Shown here: one piece after another, positions 1-12,444 of the stretch
Numbering within the stretch: position 1 is the first letter of the stretch
Layout of the letters: each line of letters starts with the position of its first letter
Source: the human T2T-CHM13v2.0 reference genome, Homo sapiens
Strand: one strand, 5' to 3'
NCBI RefSeq assembly: GCF_009914755.1
Contig: NC_060943.1
Length of the DNA stretch: 64,000 bases
The notes under the pieces: generated by a model
The model's input: the letters and a program-made list of their open reading frames with translations, nothing else
Databases searched by the model: none
Told to the model about the DNA's origin: nothing
Translations under genes and position numbers: made by a program

Positions 1-22
1 CTTCATATTATGCTAGACAGAA

Positions 23-28
23 GAATTC
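23..28. other. EcoRI site defining the classic 340-bp alphoid EcoRI dimer
   Basis: GAATTC at 23, 363, 703 and onward. Lost in a few copies (GAATTA ~3083; GAATTG ~21099; GAACTC ~40143 and ~41503). Confidence 0.9.
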
Positions 29-194
29 TCAATAACTTCCTTGTGTTGTGTGTATTCAACTCACAGAGTTGAACGATCCTTTACACAGAGCAGACTTGAA
101 ACACTCTTTTTGTGGAATTTGCAAGTGGAGATTTCAGCCGCTTTGAGGTCAATGGTAGAATAGGAAATATCTTCCTATAGAAACTAGACACAAT
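24..194 (+). repeat. Representative 171-bp A-type (J1-like) monomer without a CENP-B box
   Basis: Runs from AATTCTCAATAACT (24) to the homologous GATTCTGAGAAACT (195), 171 bp. Carries CAATGGTAGAATAGGAA (150-166) at the box-homologous position. Confidence 0.9.
150..166 (+). promoter_or_regulatory. A-box (pJalpha-type) position of the A monomer, repeated every 340 bp
   Basis: CAATGGTAGAATAGGAA (major) or CAATGGTAGAAAAGGAA (minor), 171 bp upstream of the CENP-B box. Protein binding is not demonstrable from sequence. Confidence 0.7.
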
Positions 195-363
195 GATTCT
201 GAGAAACTCCTTTGTGATGTGTGCGTTCAACTCACACAGTTTAACCTTTCTTTTCATATAGCAGTTAGGAAACACTCTGTTTGTAAAGTCTGCAAGTGGA
301 TATTCAGACCTCCTTGAGGCCTTCGTTGGAAACGGGATTTCTTCAAATTCTGCTAGACAGAAG
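195..363 (+). repeat. Representative 169-bp B-type (J2-like) monomer with a CENP-B box
   Basis: Runs from 195 to the next AATTCTCAGTAACT at 364, 169 bp. Contains CTTCGTTGGAAACGGGA. Confidence 0.9.
321..337 (+). promoter_or_regulatory. CENP-B box (first of about 188 box positions, every 340 bp up to about 63906)
   Basis: CTTCGTTGGAAACGGGA is the canonical 17-bp box with core NTTCGNNNNANNCGGGN. Common core-intact variants are TTTCGTTGGAAACGGGA and CTTCGTTGGAAGCGGGA. Confidence 0.97.
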
Positions 364-3300
364 AATTCTCAGTAACTTCCTTGTGTTGTGTGTATTCAAC
401 TCACAGAGTTGAACGATCCTTTACACAGAGCAGACTTGAAACACTCTTTTTGTGGAATTTGCAAGTGGAGATTTCAGCCGCTTTGAGTTCAATGGTAGAA
501 TAGGAAATATCTTCCTATAGAAACTAGACAGAATGATTCTCAGAAACTCCTTTGTGATGTGTGCGTTCAACTCACAGAGTTCAACCTTTCTTTTCATAGA
601 GCAGTTGGGAAACACTCTGTTTGTAAAGTCTGCAAGTGGATATTCAGACCTCCTTGAGGCCTTCGTTGGAAACGGGATTTCTTCATATTATGCTAGACAG
701 AAGAATTCTCAGTAACTTCCTTGTGTTGTGTGTATTCAACTCACAGAGTTGAACGATCCTTTACACAGAGCAGACTTGAAACACTCTTTTTGTGGAATTT
801 GCAAGTGGAGATTTCAGCCGCTTTGAGGTCAATGGTAGAATAGGAAATATCTTCCTATAGAAACTAGACACAATGATTCTGAGAAACTCCTTTGTGATGT
901 GTGCGTTCAACTCACACAGTTTAACCTTTCTTTTCATAGAGCAGTTAGGAAACACTCTGTTTGTAAAGTCTGCAAGTGGATATTCAGACCTCCTTGAGGC
1001 CTTCGTTGGAAACGGGATTTCTTCATATTCTGCTAGACAGAAGAATTCTCAGTAACTTCCTTGTGTTGTGTGTATTCAACTCACAGAGTTGAACGATCCT
1101 TTACACAGAGCAGACTTGAAACACTCTTTTTGTGGAATTTGCAAGTGTAGATTTCAGCCGCTTTGAGTTCAATGGTAGAATAGGAAATATCTTCCTATAG
1201 AAACTAGACAGAATGATTCTCAGAAACTCCTTTGTGATGTGTGCGTTCAACTCACAGAGTTCAACCTTTCTTTTCATAGAGCAGTTGGGAAACACTCTGT
1301 TTGTAAAGTCTGCAAGTGGATATTCAGACTTCTTTGAGGCCTTCGTTGGAAGCGGGATTTCTTCATATTCTGCTAGACAGAAGAATTCTCAGTAACTTCC
1401 TTGTGTTGTGTGTATTCAACTCACAGAGTTGAACGATCCTTTACACAGAGCAGACTTGAAACACTCTTTTTGTGGAATTTGCAAGTGGAGATTTCAGCCG
1501 CTTTGAGGTCAATGGTAGAATAGGAAATATCTTCCTATAGAAACTAGCCAGAATGATTCTCAGAAACTCCTTTGTGATGTGTGCGTTCAACTCACAGAGT
1601 TTAACCTTTCTTTTCATAGAGCAGTTAGGAAACACTCTGTTTGTAAAGTCTGCAAGTGGATATTCAGACATCCTTGAGGCTTTCGTTGGAAACGGGATTT
1701 CTTCATATTCTGCTAGAAAGAAGAATTCTCAGTAACTTCCTTGTGTTGTGTGTATTCAACTCACAGAGTTGAACGATCCTTTACACAGAGCAGACTTGAA
1801 ACACTCTTTTTGTGGAATTTGCAAGTGGAGATTTCAGCCGCTTTGAGGTCAATGGTGGAATAGGAAATATCTTCCTATAGAAATTAGACAGAATGATTCT
1901 CAGAAACTCCTTTGTGATGTGTGCGTTCAACTCACAGAGTTTAACCTTTCTTTTCATAGAGCAGTTAGGAAACACTCTGTTTGTAAAGTCTGCAAGTGGA
2001 TATTCAGACCTCTTTGAGGCCTTCGTTGGAAACGGGATTTCTTCATATTCTGCTAGAGAGAAGAATTCTCAGTAACTTCATTGTGTTGTGTGTATTCAAC
2101 TCACAGATTTCAACGATCCTTTACACAGAGCAGACTTGAAACACTCTTTTTCTGGAATTTGCACGTGGAGATTTCAGCCGCTTTGTGGTCAATAGTAGAA
2201 TAGGAAATATCTTCCTATAGAAACTAGACAGAATGATTCTCAGAAACTCCTTTGTGATGTGTGCGTTCAACTCACAGAGTTTAACCTTTCTTTTCATAGA
2301 GCAGTTAGGAAACACTCTGTTTGTAAAGTCTGCAACTGGATATTCAGACCTCCTTGAGGCCTTCGTTGGAAACGGGATTTCTTCATATTATGCTAGACAG
2401 AAGAATTCTCAGTAACTTCCTTGTGTTGTGTGTATTCAACTCACAGAGTTGAATGATCCTTTACACAGAGCAGACTTGAAACACTCTTTTTGTGGAATTT
2501 GCAAGTGGAGATTTCAGCCGCTTTGAGGTCAATGGTAGAATAGGAAATATCTTCCTATAGAAACTAGACACAATGATTCTGAGAAACTCCTTTGTGATGT
2601 GTGCGTTCAACTCACACAGTTTAACCTTTCTTTTCATAGAGCAGTTAGGAAACACTCTGTTTGTAAAGTCTGCAAGTGGATATTCAGACGTCCTTGAGGC
2701 CTTCGTTGGAAACGGGATTTCTTCATATTCTGCTAGACAGAAGAATTCTCAGTAACTTCCTTGTGTTGTGTGTATTCAACTCACAGAGTTGAACGATCCT
2801 TTACACAGAGCAGACTTGAAACACTCTTTTTGTGGAATTTGCAAGTGGAGATTTCAGCCGCTTTGAGTTCAATGGTAGAATAGGAAATATCTTCCTATAG
2901 AAACTAGACAGAATGATTCTCAGAAACTCCTTTGTGATGTGTGCGTTCAACTCACAGAGTTCAACCTTTCTTTTCATAGAGCAGTTGGGAAACACTCTGT
3001 TTGTAAAGTCTGCAAGTGGATATTCAGACCTCCTTGAGGCCTTCGTTGGAAACGGGATTTCTTCATATTCTGCTAGAGAGAAGAATTATCAGTAACTTCA
3101 TTGTGTTGCGTGTATTCAACTCAGAGATTTCAACGATCCTTTACACAGAGCAGACTTGAAACACTCTTTTTGTGGAATTTGCAAGTGGAGATTTCAGCCG
3201 CTTTGAGGTCAATGGTAGAATAGGAAATATCTTCCTATAGAAACTAGACAGAATGATTCTCAGAAACTCCTTTGTGATGTGTGCATTCAACTCACAGAGT

Positions 3301-6300
3301 TTAACCTTTCTTTTCATAGAGCAGTTAGGAAACACTCTGTTTGTAAAGTCTGCAAGTGGATATTCAGACCTCCTTGAGGCCTTCGTTGGAAACGGGATTT
3401 CTTCATATTATGCTAGACAGAAGAATTCTCAGTAACTTCCTTGTGTTGTGTGTATTCAACTCACAGAGTTGAACGATCCTTTACACAGAGCAGACTTGAA
3501 ACACTCTTTTTGTGGAATTTGCAAGTGGAGATTTCAGCCGCTTTGAGGTCAATGGTAGAATAGGAAATATCTTCCTATAGAATCTAGACACAATGATTCT
3601 GAGAAACTCCTTTGTGATGTGTGCGTTCAACTCACACACTTTAACCTTTCTTTTCATAGAGCAATTAGGAAACACTCTGTTTGTAAAGTCTGCAAGTGGA
3701 TATTCAGACCTCCTTGAGGCCTTCTTTGGAAACGGGATTTCTTCATATTCTGCTAGACAGAAGAATTCTCAGTAACTTCCTTGTGTTGTGTGTATTCAAC
3801 TCACAGAGTTGAACGATCCTTTACACAGAGCAGACTTGAAACACTCTTTTTGTGGAATTTGCAAGTGGAGATTTCAGCCGCTTTGAGTTCAATGGTAGAA
3901 TAGGAAATATCTTCCTATAGAAACTAGACAGAATGATTCTCAGAAACTCCTTTGTGATGTGTGCGTTCAACACACAGAGTTCAACCTTTCTTTTCATAGA
4001 GCAGTTGGGAAACACTCTGTTTGTAAAGTCTGCAAGTGCATATTCAGACTTCTTTGAGGCCTTCGTTGGAAGCGGGATTTCTTCATATTCTGCTAGAAAG
4101 AAGAATTCTCAGAAACTTCGTTGTGTTGTGTGTTTTCAAATCACAGAGTTCAACGATCCTTTACAGAGAGTAGACTTGAAACACTCTTTTTGTGGAATTG
4201 GCAGGGTGGAGATTTCAGCCGCTTTGAGGTCAATGGTAGAAAAGGAAATATCTTCGTATAAAAACTAGACAGAGTGATTCTCAGAAACTCCTTTGTGATG
4301 TGTGCGTTCAACTCACAGAGTTTAACCTTTCTTTTCATAGAGCAGTTAGGAAACACTCTGTTTGTAAAGTCTGCAAGTGGATATTCAGAGCTCCTTGAGG
4401 CCTTCGTTGGAAACGGGATTTCTTCATATTCTGCTACACAGAAGAATTCTCAGAAACTTCCTTGTGTTGTGTGTATTCAACTCACAGAGTTGAACGATCG
4501 TTTACACAGAGCAGACTTGAGACACTCTTTTTGTGGAATTTGTAAGTGGAGATTTCAGCCGCTTTGAGGTCAATGGTAGAAAAGGAAATATCTTCATATA
4601 AAAACTAGACAGAATGATTCTCAGAAACTCCTTTGTGATGTGTGCGTTCAACTCACAGAGTTTAACCTTTCTTTTCATAGAGCAGTTAGGAAACACTCTG
4701 TTTGTAAAGTCTACAAGTGGATATTCAGACATCTTTGAGGCTTTCGTTGGAAACGGGATTTCTTCATATTCTGCTAGACAGAAGAATTCTCAGAAACTTC
4801 GTTGTGTTGTGTGTTTTCAACTCACAGAGTTGAACGATCCTTTACACAGAGTAGACTTGAAACACTCTTTTTGTAGAATTTGCAAGTGGAGATTTCAGCC
4901 GCTTTGAGGTCAATGGTAGAAAAGGAAATATCTTCGTATAAAAACTAGACAGAATGATTCTGAGAAACTCCTTTGTGATGTGTGCGTTCAACTCACAGAG
5001 CTTAACCTTTCTTTTCATAGAGCAGTTAGGAAACACTCTGTTTGTAAAGTCTGCAAGTGGATATTCAGACCTCCCTGAGGCCTTCGTTGGAAACGGGATT
5101 TCTTCAAATTATGCTAGACAGAAGAATTCTCAGTAACTTCCATGTGTTGTGTGTATTCAACTCACAGAGTTGAACGATCCTTTACACAGAGCAGACTTGA
5201 AACACTCTTTTTGTGAAATTTGCAAGTGGAGATTTCAGCCGCTTTGTGGTCAATGGTAGAATAGGAAATATCTTCCTATAGAAACTAGACAGAATGATTC
5301 TGAGAAACTCCTTTGTGATGTGTGCGTTCAACTCACAGAGTTTAACCTTTCTTTTCATAGAGCCGTTAGGAAACACTCTGTTTGTAAAGTCTGCAAGTGG
5401 ATATTCAGACCTCCTTGAGGCCTTCGTTGGAAACGGGATTTCTTCATATTATGCTAGACAGAAGAATTATCAGTAACTTCCTTGTGTTGTGTGTATTCAA
5501 CTCACAGAGTTGAACGATCCTTTACACAGAGCAGACTTGAAACACTCTTTTTGTGGAATTTGCCAGTGGAGATTTCAGCCGCTTTGAGGTCAATGGTAGA
5601 ATAGGAAATATCTTCCTATAGAAACTAGACAGAATGATTCTCAGAAACTCCTTTGTGATGTGTGCGTTCAACTCACAGAGTTTAACCTTTCTTTTCATAG
5701 AGCAGTTAGGAAACACTCTGTTTGTAAAGTCTGCAAGTGGATATTCAGACATCCTTGAGGCTTTCGTTGAAAATGGGATTTCTTCATATTCTGCTAGAAA
5801 GAAGAATTATCAGTAACTTCCTTGTGTTGTGTGTATTCAACTCACAGAGTTGAATGATCCTTTACACAGAGCAGACTTGAAACACTCTTTTTGTGGAATT
5901 TGCAAGTGGAGATTTCAGCCGCTTTGAGGTCAATGGTACAATAGGAAATATCTTCCTATAGAAACTAGACAGAATGATTCTCAGAAACTCCTTTGTGATG
6001 TGTGCGTTCAACTGACAGAGTTTAACCTTTCTTTTCATAGAGCAGTTAGGAAACACTCTGTTTGTAAAGTCTGCAAGTGGATATTCAGACATCTTTGAGG
6101 CTTTCGTTGGAAACGGGATTTCTTCATATTCTGCTAGACAGAAGAATTCTCAGAAACTTCGTTGTGTTGTGTGTTTTCAAATCACAGAGTTCAACGATCC
6201 TTTACACAGAGTAGACTTGCAACACTCTTTTTGTGGAATTGGCAGGGTGGAGATTTCAGCCGCTTTGAGGTCAATGGTAGAAAAGGAAATATCTTCATAT

Positions 6301-9219
6301 AAAAACTAGACAGAATGATTCTCAGAAACTCCTTTGTGATGTGTGCGTGCAACTCACAGAGTTTAACCTTTCTTTTCATAGAGCAGTTAGGAAACACTCT
6401 GTTTGTAAAGTCTGCAAGTGGATATTCAGACCTCTTTGAGGCCTTCGTTGGAAACGGGATTTCTTCATATTATGCTAGACAGAAGAATTCTCAGTAACTT
6501 CCTTGTGTTGTGTGTATTCAACTCACAGAGTTGAACGATCCTTTACACAGAGCAGACTTGAAACACTCTTTTTGTGGAATTTGCAAGTGGAGATTTCAGC
6601 CGCTTTGAGGTCAATGGTAGAAAAGGAAATATCTTCGTATAAAAACTAGACAGAATGATTCTCAGAAACTCCTTTGTGATGTGTGCATTCAACTCACAGT
6701 TTAACCTTTCTTTTCATAGAGCAGTTAGGAAACACTCTGTTTGTAAATCTGCAAGTGGATATTCAGACCTCCTTGAGGCCTTCGTTGGAAACGGGATTTC
6801 TTCATATTATGCTAGACAGAAGAATTCTCAGTAACTTCCTTGTGTTGTGTGTATTCAACTCACAGAGTTGAACGATCCTTTACACAGAGCAGACTTGAAA
6901 CACTCTTTTTGTGGAATTTGCAAGTGGAGATTTCAGCCGCTTTGAGGTCAATGGTAGAATAGGAAATATCTTCCTATAGAAACTAGACAGAATGATTCTG
7001 AGAAACTCCTTTGTGATGTGTGCGTTCAACTCACAGAGTTTAACCTTTCTTTTCATAGAGCAGTTAGGAAACACTATGTTTGTAAAGTCTGCAAGTGGAT
7101 ATTCAGACCTCCTTGAGGCCTTCGTTGGAAACGGGATTTCTTCATATTATGCTAGACAGAAGAATTCTCAGTAACTTCCTTGTGTTGTGTGTATTCAACT
7201 CACAGAGTTGAACGATCCTTTACACAGAGCAGACTTGAAACACTCTTTTTGTGGAATTTGCAAGTGGAGATTTCAGCCGCTTTGAGGTCAATGGTAGAAT
7301 AGGAAATATCTTCCTATAGAAACTAGAGGGAATGATTCTCAGAAACTCCTTTGTGATGTGTGCGTTCAACTCACAGAGTTTAACCTTTCTTTTCATAGAG
7401 CAGTTAGGAAACACTCTGTTTGTAAAGTCTGCAAGTGGATATTCAGACATCCTTGAGGCTTTCGTTGGAAACGGGATTTCTTCATATTCTGCTAGAAAGA
7501 AGAATTCTCAGTAACTTCCTTGTGTTCTGTGTATTCAACTCACAGAGTTGAATGATCCTTTACACAGAACAGTCTTGAAACACTCTTTTTGTGGAATTTG
7601 CAAGTGGAGATTTCAGCCGCTTTGAGGTCAATGGTAGAATAGGAAATATCTTCCTATAGAAACTAGACAGAATGATTCTCAGAAACTCCTTTGTGATGTG
7701 TGCGTTCAACTCACAGAGTTTAACCTTTCTTTTCATAGAGCAGTTAGGAAACACTCTGTTTGTAAAGTCTGCAAGTGGATATTCAGACATCTTTGAGGCT
7801 TTCGTTGGAAAAGGGATTTCTTCATATTCTGCTAGACAGAAGAATTCTCAGAAACTTCGTTGTGTTGTGTGTTTTCAAATCACAGAGTTCAACGATCCTT
7901 TACACAGAGTAGACTTGAAACACTCTTTTTGTGGAATTGGCAGGGTGTAGATTTCAGCCGCTTTGAGGTCAATGGTAGAAAAGGAAATATCTTCGTATAA
8001 AAACTAGACAGAGTGATTCTCAGAAACTCCTTTGTGATGTCTGCGTTCAACTCACAGAGTTTAACCTTTCTTTTCATAGAGCAGTTAGGAAACACTCTGT
8101 TTGTAAAGTCTGCAAGTGGATATTCAGACCTCCTTGAAGCCTTCGTTGGAAACGCGATTTCTACATATTATGCTAGACAGAAGAATTCTCAGTAACTTCC
8201 TTGTGTTGTGTGTATTCAACTCACAGAGTTGAATGATCCTTTATACAGAACAGTCTTGAAACACTCTTTTTGTGGAATTTGCAAGTGGAGATTTCAGCCG
8301 CTTTGAGGTCAATGGTAGAATAGGAAATATCTTCCTATAGAAACTAGACAGAATGATTCTCAGAAACTCCTTTGTGATGTGTGCGTTCAACTCACAGAGT
8401 TTAACCTTTCTTTTCATAGACCAGTTAGGAAACACTCTGTTTGTAAAGTCTGCAAGTGGATATTCAGACATCTTTGAGGCTTTCGTTGGAAACGGGATTT
8501 CTTCATATTCTGCTATACAGAAGAATTCTCAGAAACTTCCTTGTGTTGTGTGTATTCAACTCACAGAGTTGAACGATCGTTTACACAGAGTAGACTTGAG
8601 ACACTCTTGTTGTGGAATTTGTAAGTGGAGATTTCAGCCGCTTTGAGGTCAATGGTAGAAAAGGAAATATCTTCATATAAAAACTAGACAGAATGATTCT
8701 CAGAAACTCCTTTGTGATGTGTGCGTGCAACTCACAGAGTTTAACCTTTCTTTTCATAGAGCAGTTAGGAAACACTCTGTTTGTAAAGTCTGCAAGTGGA
8801 TATTCAGACCTCCTTGAGGCCTTCGTTGGAAACGGGATTTCTACATATTATGCTAGACAGAAGAATTCTCAGTAACTTCCTTGTGTTGTGTGTATTCAAC
8901 TCACAGAGTTGAACGATCCTTTACACAGAGCAGACTTGAAACACTCTTTTTGTGGAATTTGCAAGTGGAGATTTCAGCCTCTTTGAGGTCAATGGTAGAA
9001 TAGGAAATATCTTCCTATAGAAACTAGACAGAATGATTCTGAGAAACTCCTTTGTGATGTGTGCGTTCAACTCACAGAGTTTAACCTTTCTTTTCATAGA
9101 GCAGTTAGGAAACACTCTGTTTGTAAAGTCTGCAAGTGGATATTCAGACCTCCTTGAGGCCTTCGTTGGAAACGGGATTTCTTCCTATTATGCTAGACAG
9201 AAGAATTCTCAGTAACTTC

Positions 9220-9900
9220 CTTGTGTTGTGTGTATTCAACTCACAGAGTTGAACGATCCTTTACACAGAGCAGACTTGAAACACTCTTTTTGTGGAATTT
9301 GCAAGTGGAGATTTCAGCCGCTTTGAGGTCAATGGTAGAATAGGAAATATCTTCCTATAGAAACTAGACAGAATGATTCTCAGAAACTCCTTTGTGATGT
9401 GTGCGTTCAACTCACAGAGTTTAACCTTTCTTTTCATAGAGCAGTTAGGAAAAACTCTGTTTGTAAAGTCTGCAAGTGGATATTCAGACTTCTTTGAGGC
9501 CTTCGTTGGAAGCGGGATTTCTTCATATTCTGCTAGACAGAAGAATTCTCAGTAACTTCCTTGTGTTGTGTGTATTCAACTCACAGAGTTGAACGATCCT
9601 TTACACAGAGCAGACTTGAAACACTCTTTTTGTGGAATTTGCAAGTGGAGATTTCAGCCGCTTTGAGGTCAATGGTAGAATAGGAAATATCTTCCTATAG
9701 AAACTAGACAGAATGATTCTCAGAAACTCCTTTGTGATGTGTGCGTTCAACTCACAGAGTTTAACCTTTCTTTTCATAGAGCAGTTAGGAAAAACTCTGT
9801 TTGTAAAGTCTGCAAGTGGATATTCAGACTTCTTTGAGGCCTTCGTTGGAAGCGGGATTTCTTCATATTCTGCTAGACAGAAGAATTCTCAGTAACTTCC
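9220..9900 (+). repeat. Single-dimer (340-bp) tandem duplication
   Basis: Private variant GTTAGGAAAAACTCT (~9452 and ~9792) plus AGACTTCTTT...GGAAGCGGG occurs in two adjacent dimers. ORFs 9373 and 9713 are identical. Confidence 0.85.
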
Positions 9901-12444
9901 TTGTGTTGTGTGTATTCAACTCACAGAGTTGAACGATCCTTTACACAGAGCAGACTTGAAACACTCTTTTTGTGGAATTTGCAAGTGGAGATTTCAGCCG
10001 CTTTGAGGTCAATGGTAGAATAGGAAATATCTTCCTATAGAAACTAGACAGAATGATTCTCAGAAACTCCTTTGTGATGTGTGCGTTCAACTCACAGAGT
10101 TTAACCTTTCTTTTCATAGAGCAGTTAGGAAACACTCTGTTTGTAAATTCTGCAAGTGGATATTCAGACATCCTTGAGGCTTTCGTTGGAAACGGGATTT
10201 CTTCATATTCTGCTAGAAAGAAGAATTCTCAGTAACTTCCTTGTGTTCTGTGTATTCAACTCACAGAGTTGAATGATCCTTTACACAGAACAGTCTTGAA
10301 ACACTCTTTTTGTGGAATTTGCAAGTGGAGATTTCAGCCGCTTTGAGGTCAATGGTAGAATAGGAAATATCTTCCTATAGAAACTAGACAGAATGATTCT
10401 CAGAAACTCCTTTGTGATGTGTGCGTTCAACTCACAGAGTTTAACCTTTCTTTTCATAGAGCAGTTAGGAAACACTCTGTTTGTAAAGTCTACAAGTGGA
10501 TATTCAGACATCTTTGAGGCTTTCGTTGGAAAAGGGATTTCTTCATATTCTGCTAGACAGAAGAATTCTCAGAAACTTCGTTGTGTTGTGTGTTTTCAAA
10601 TCACAGAGTTCAACGATCCTTTACACAGAGTAGACTTGAAACACTCTTTGTGGAATTGGCAGGGTGTAGATTTCAGCCGCTTTGAGGTCAATGGTAGAAA
10701 AGGAAATATCTTCGTATAAAAACTAGACAGAGTGATTCTCAGAAACTCCTTTGTGATGTCTGCGTTCAACTCACAGAGTTTAACCTTTCTTTTCATAGAG
10801 CAGTTAGGAAACACTCTGTTTGTAAAGTCTGCAAGTGGATATTCAGACCTCCTTGAGGCCTTCGTTGGAAACGGGATTTCTACATATTATGCTAGACAGA
10901 AGAATTCTCAGTAACTTCCTTGTGTTGTGTGTATTCAACTCACAGAGTTGAACGATCCTTTACACAGAGCAGACTTGAAACACTCTTTTTGTGGAATTTG
11001 CAAGTGGAGATTTCAGCCTCTTTGAGGTCAATGGTAGAATAGGAAATATCTTCCTATAGAAACTAGACAGAATGATTCTGAGAAACTCCTTTGTGATGTG
11101 TGCATTCAACTCACAGAGTTTAACCTTTCTTTTCATAGAGCAGTTAGGAAACACTCTGTTTGTAAAGTCTGCAAGTGGATATTCAGACCTCCTTGAGGCC
11201 TTCGTTGGAAACGGGATTTCTTCCTATTATGCTAGACAGAAGAATTCTCAGTAACTTCCTTGTGTTGTGTGTATTCAACTCACAGAGTTGAATGATCCTT
11301 TACACAGAGCAGACTTGAAACACTCTTTTTGTGGAATTTGCAAGTGGAGATTTCAGCCGCTTTGAGTTCAATGGTAGAATAGGAAATATCTTCCTATAGA
11401 AATTAGACAGAATGATTCTCAGAAACTCCTTTGTGATGTGTGCGTTCAACTCACAGAGTTCAACCTTTCTTTTCATAGAGCAGTTGGGAAACACTCTGTT
11501 TGTAAAGTCTGCAAGTGGATATTCAGACTTCTTTGAGGCCTTCGTTGGAAGCGGGATTTCTTCATATTCTGCTAGACAGAAGAATTCTCAGTAACTTCCT
11601 TGTGTTGTGTGTATTCAACTCACAGAGTTGAACGATCCTTTACACAGAGCAGACTTGAAACACTCTTTTTGTGGAATTTGCAAGTGGAGATTTCAGCCGC
11701 TTTGAGGTCAATGGTAGAATAGGAAATATCTTCCTATAGAAACTAGACAGAATGATTCTCAGAAACTCCTTTGTGATGTGTGCGTTCAACTCACAGAGTT
11801 TAACCTTTCTTTTCATAGAGCAGTTAGGAAACACTCTGTTTGTAAAGTCTGCAAGTGGATATTCAGACATCCTTGAGGCTTTCGTTGGAAACGGGATTTC
11901 TTCATTTTCTGCTAGAAAGAAGAATTCTCAGTAACTTCCTTGTGTTGTGTGTATTCAACTCACAGAGTTGGATGATCCTTTACACAGAACAGTCTTGAAA
12001 CACTCTTTTTGTGGAATTTGCAAGTGGAGATTTCAGCCGCTTTGAGGTCAATGGTAGAATAGGAAATATCTTCCTATAGAAACTAGACAGAATGATTCTC
12101 AGAAACTCCTTTGTGATGTGTGCGTTCAACTCACAGAGTTTAACCTTTCTTTTCATAGAGCAGTTAGGAAACACTCTGTTTGTAAAGTCTGCAAGTGGAT
12201 ATTCAGACATCCTTGAGGCTTTCGTTGGAAACGGGATTTCTTCATATTCTGCTAGAAAGAAGAATTCTCAGTAACTTCCTTGTGTTGTGTGTATTCAACT
12301 CACAGAGTTGAACGATCCTTTACATAGAACAGTCTTGAAACACTCTTTTTGTGGAATTTGCAAGTGGAGATTTCAGCCGCTTTGAGGTCAATGGTAGAAT
12401 AGGAAATATCTTCCTATAGAAACTAGACAGAATGATTCTCAGAA

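Larger units (their letters stand above)
1..1330 (+). repeat. 680-bp (2-dimer) local tandem repeat
   Basis: AGACACAATGATTCTGAG...CTCACACAGT at ~186-240 and ~866-920 alternates with GAGTTCAATGG/TTCAACC/GTTGGGA at ~485-610 and ~1165-1290. Confidence 0.75.

Noticed and set aside
1351-1357. GGAAGCGGG variant (also TTCGTTAGAA at 42822 and CGGGG at ~52700) as broken CENP-B boxes
   Set aside because: These changes are at non-core positions of NTTCGNNNNANNCGGGN, so they were counted as intact.
4194-4212. GG-rich +1 variant (GGAATTGGCAGGGTGG) as a G-quadruplex
   Set aside because: It has four G-runs but only two-tier potential, which is unlikely to be stable in duplex DNA, and there is no supporting evidence.
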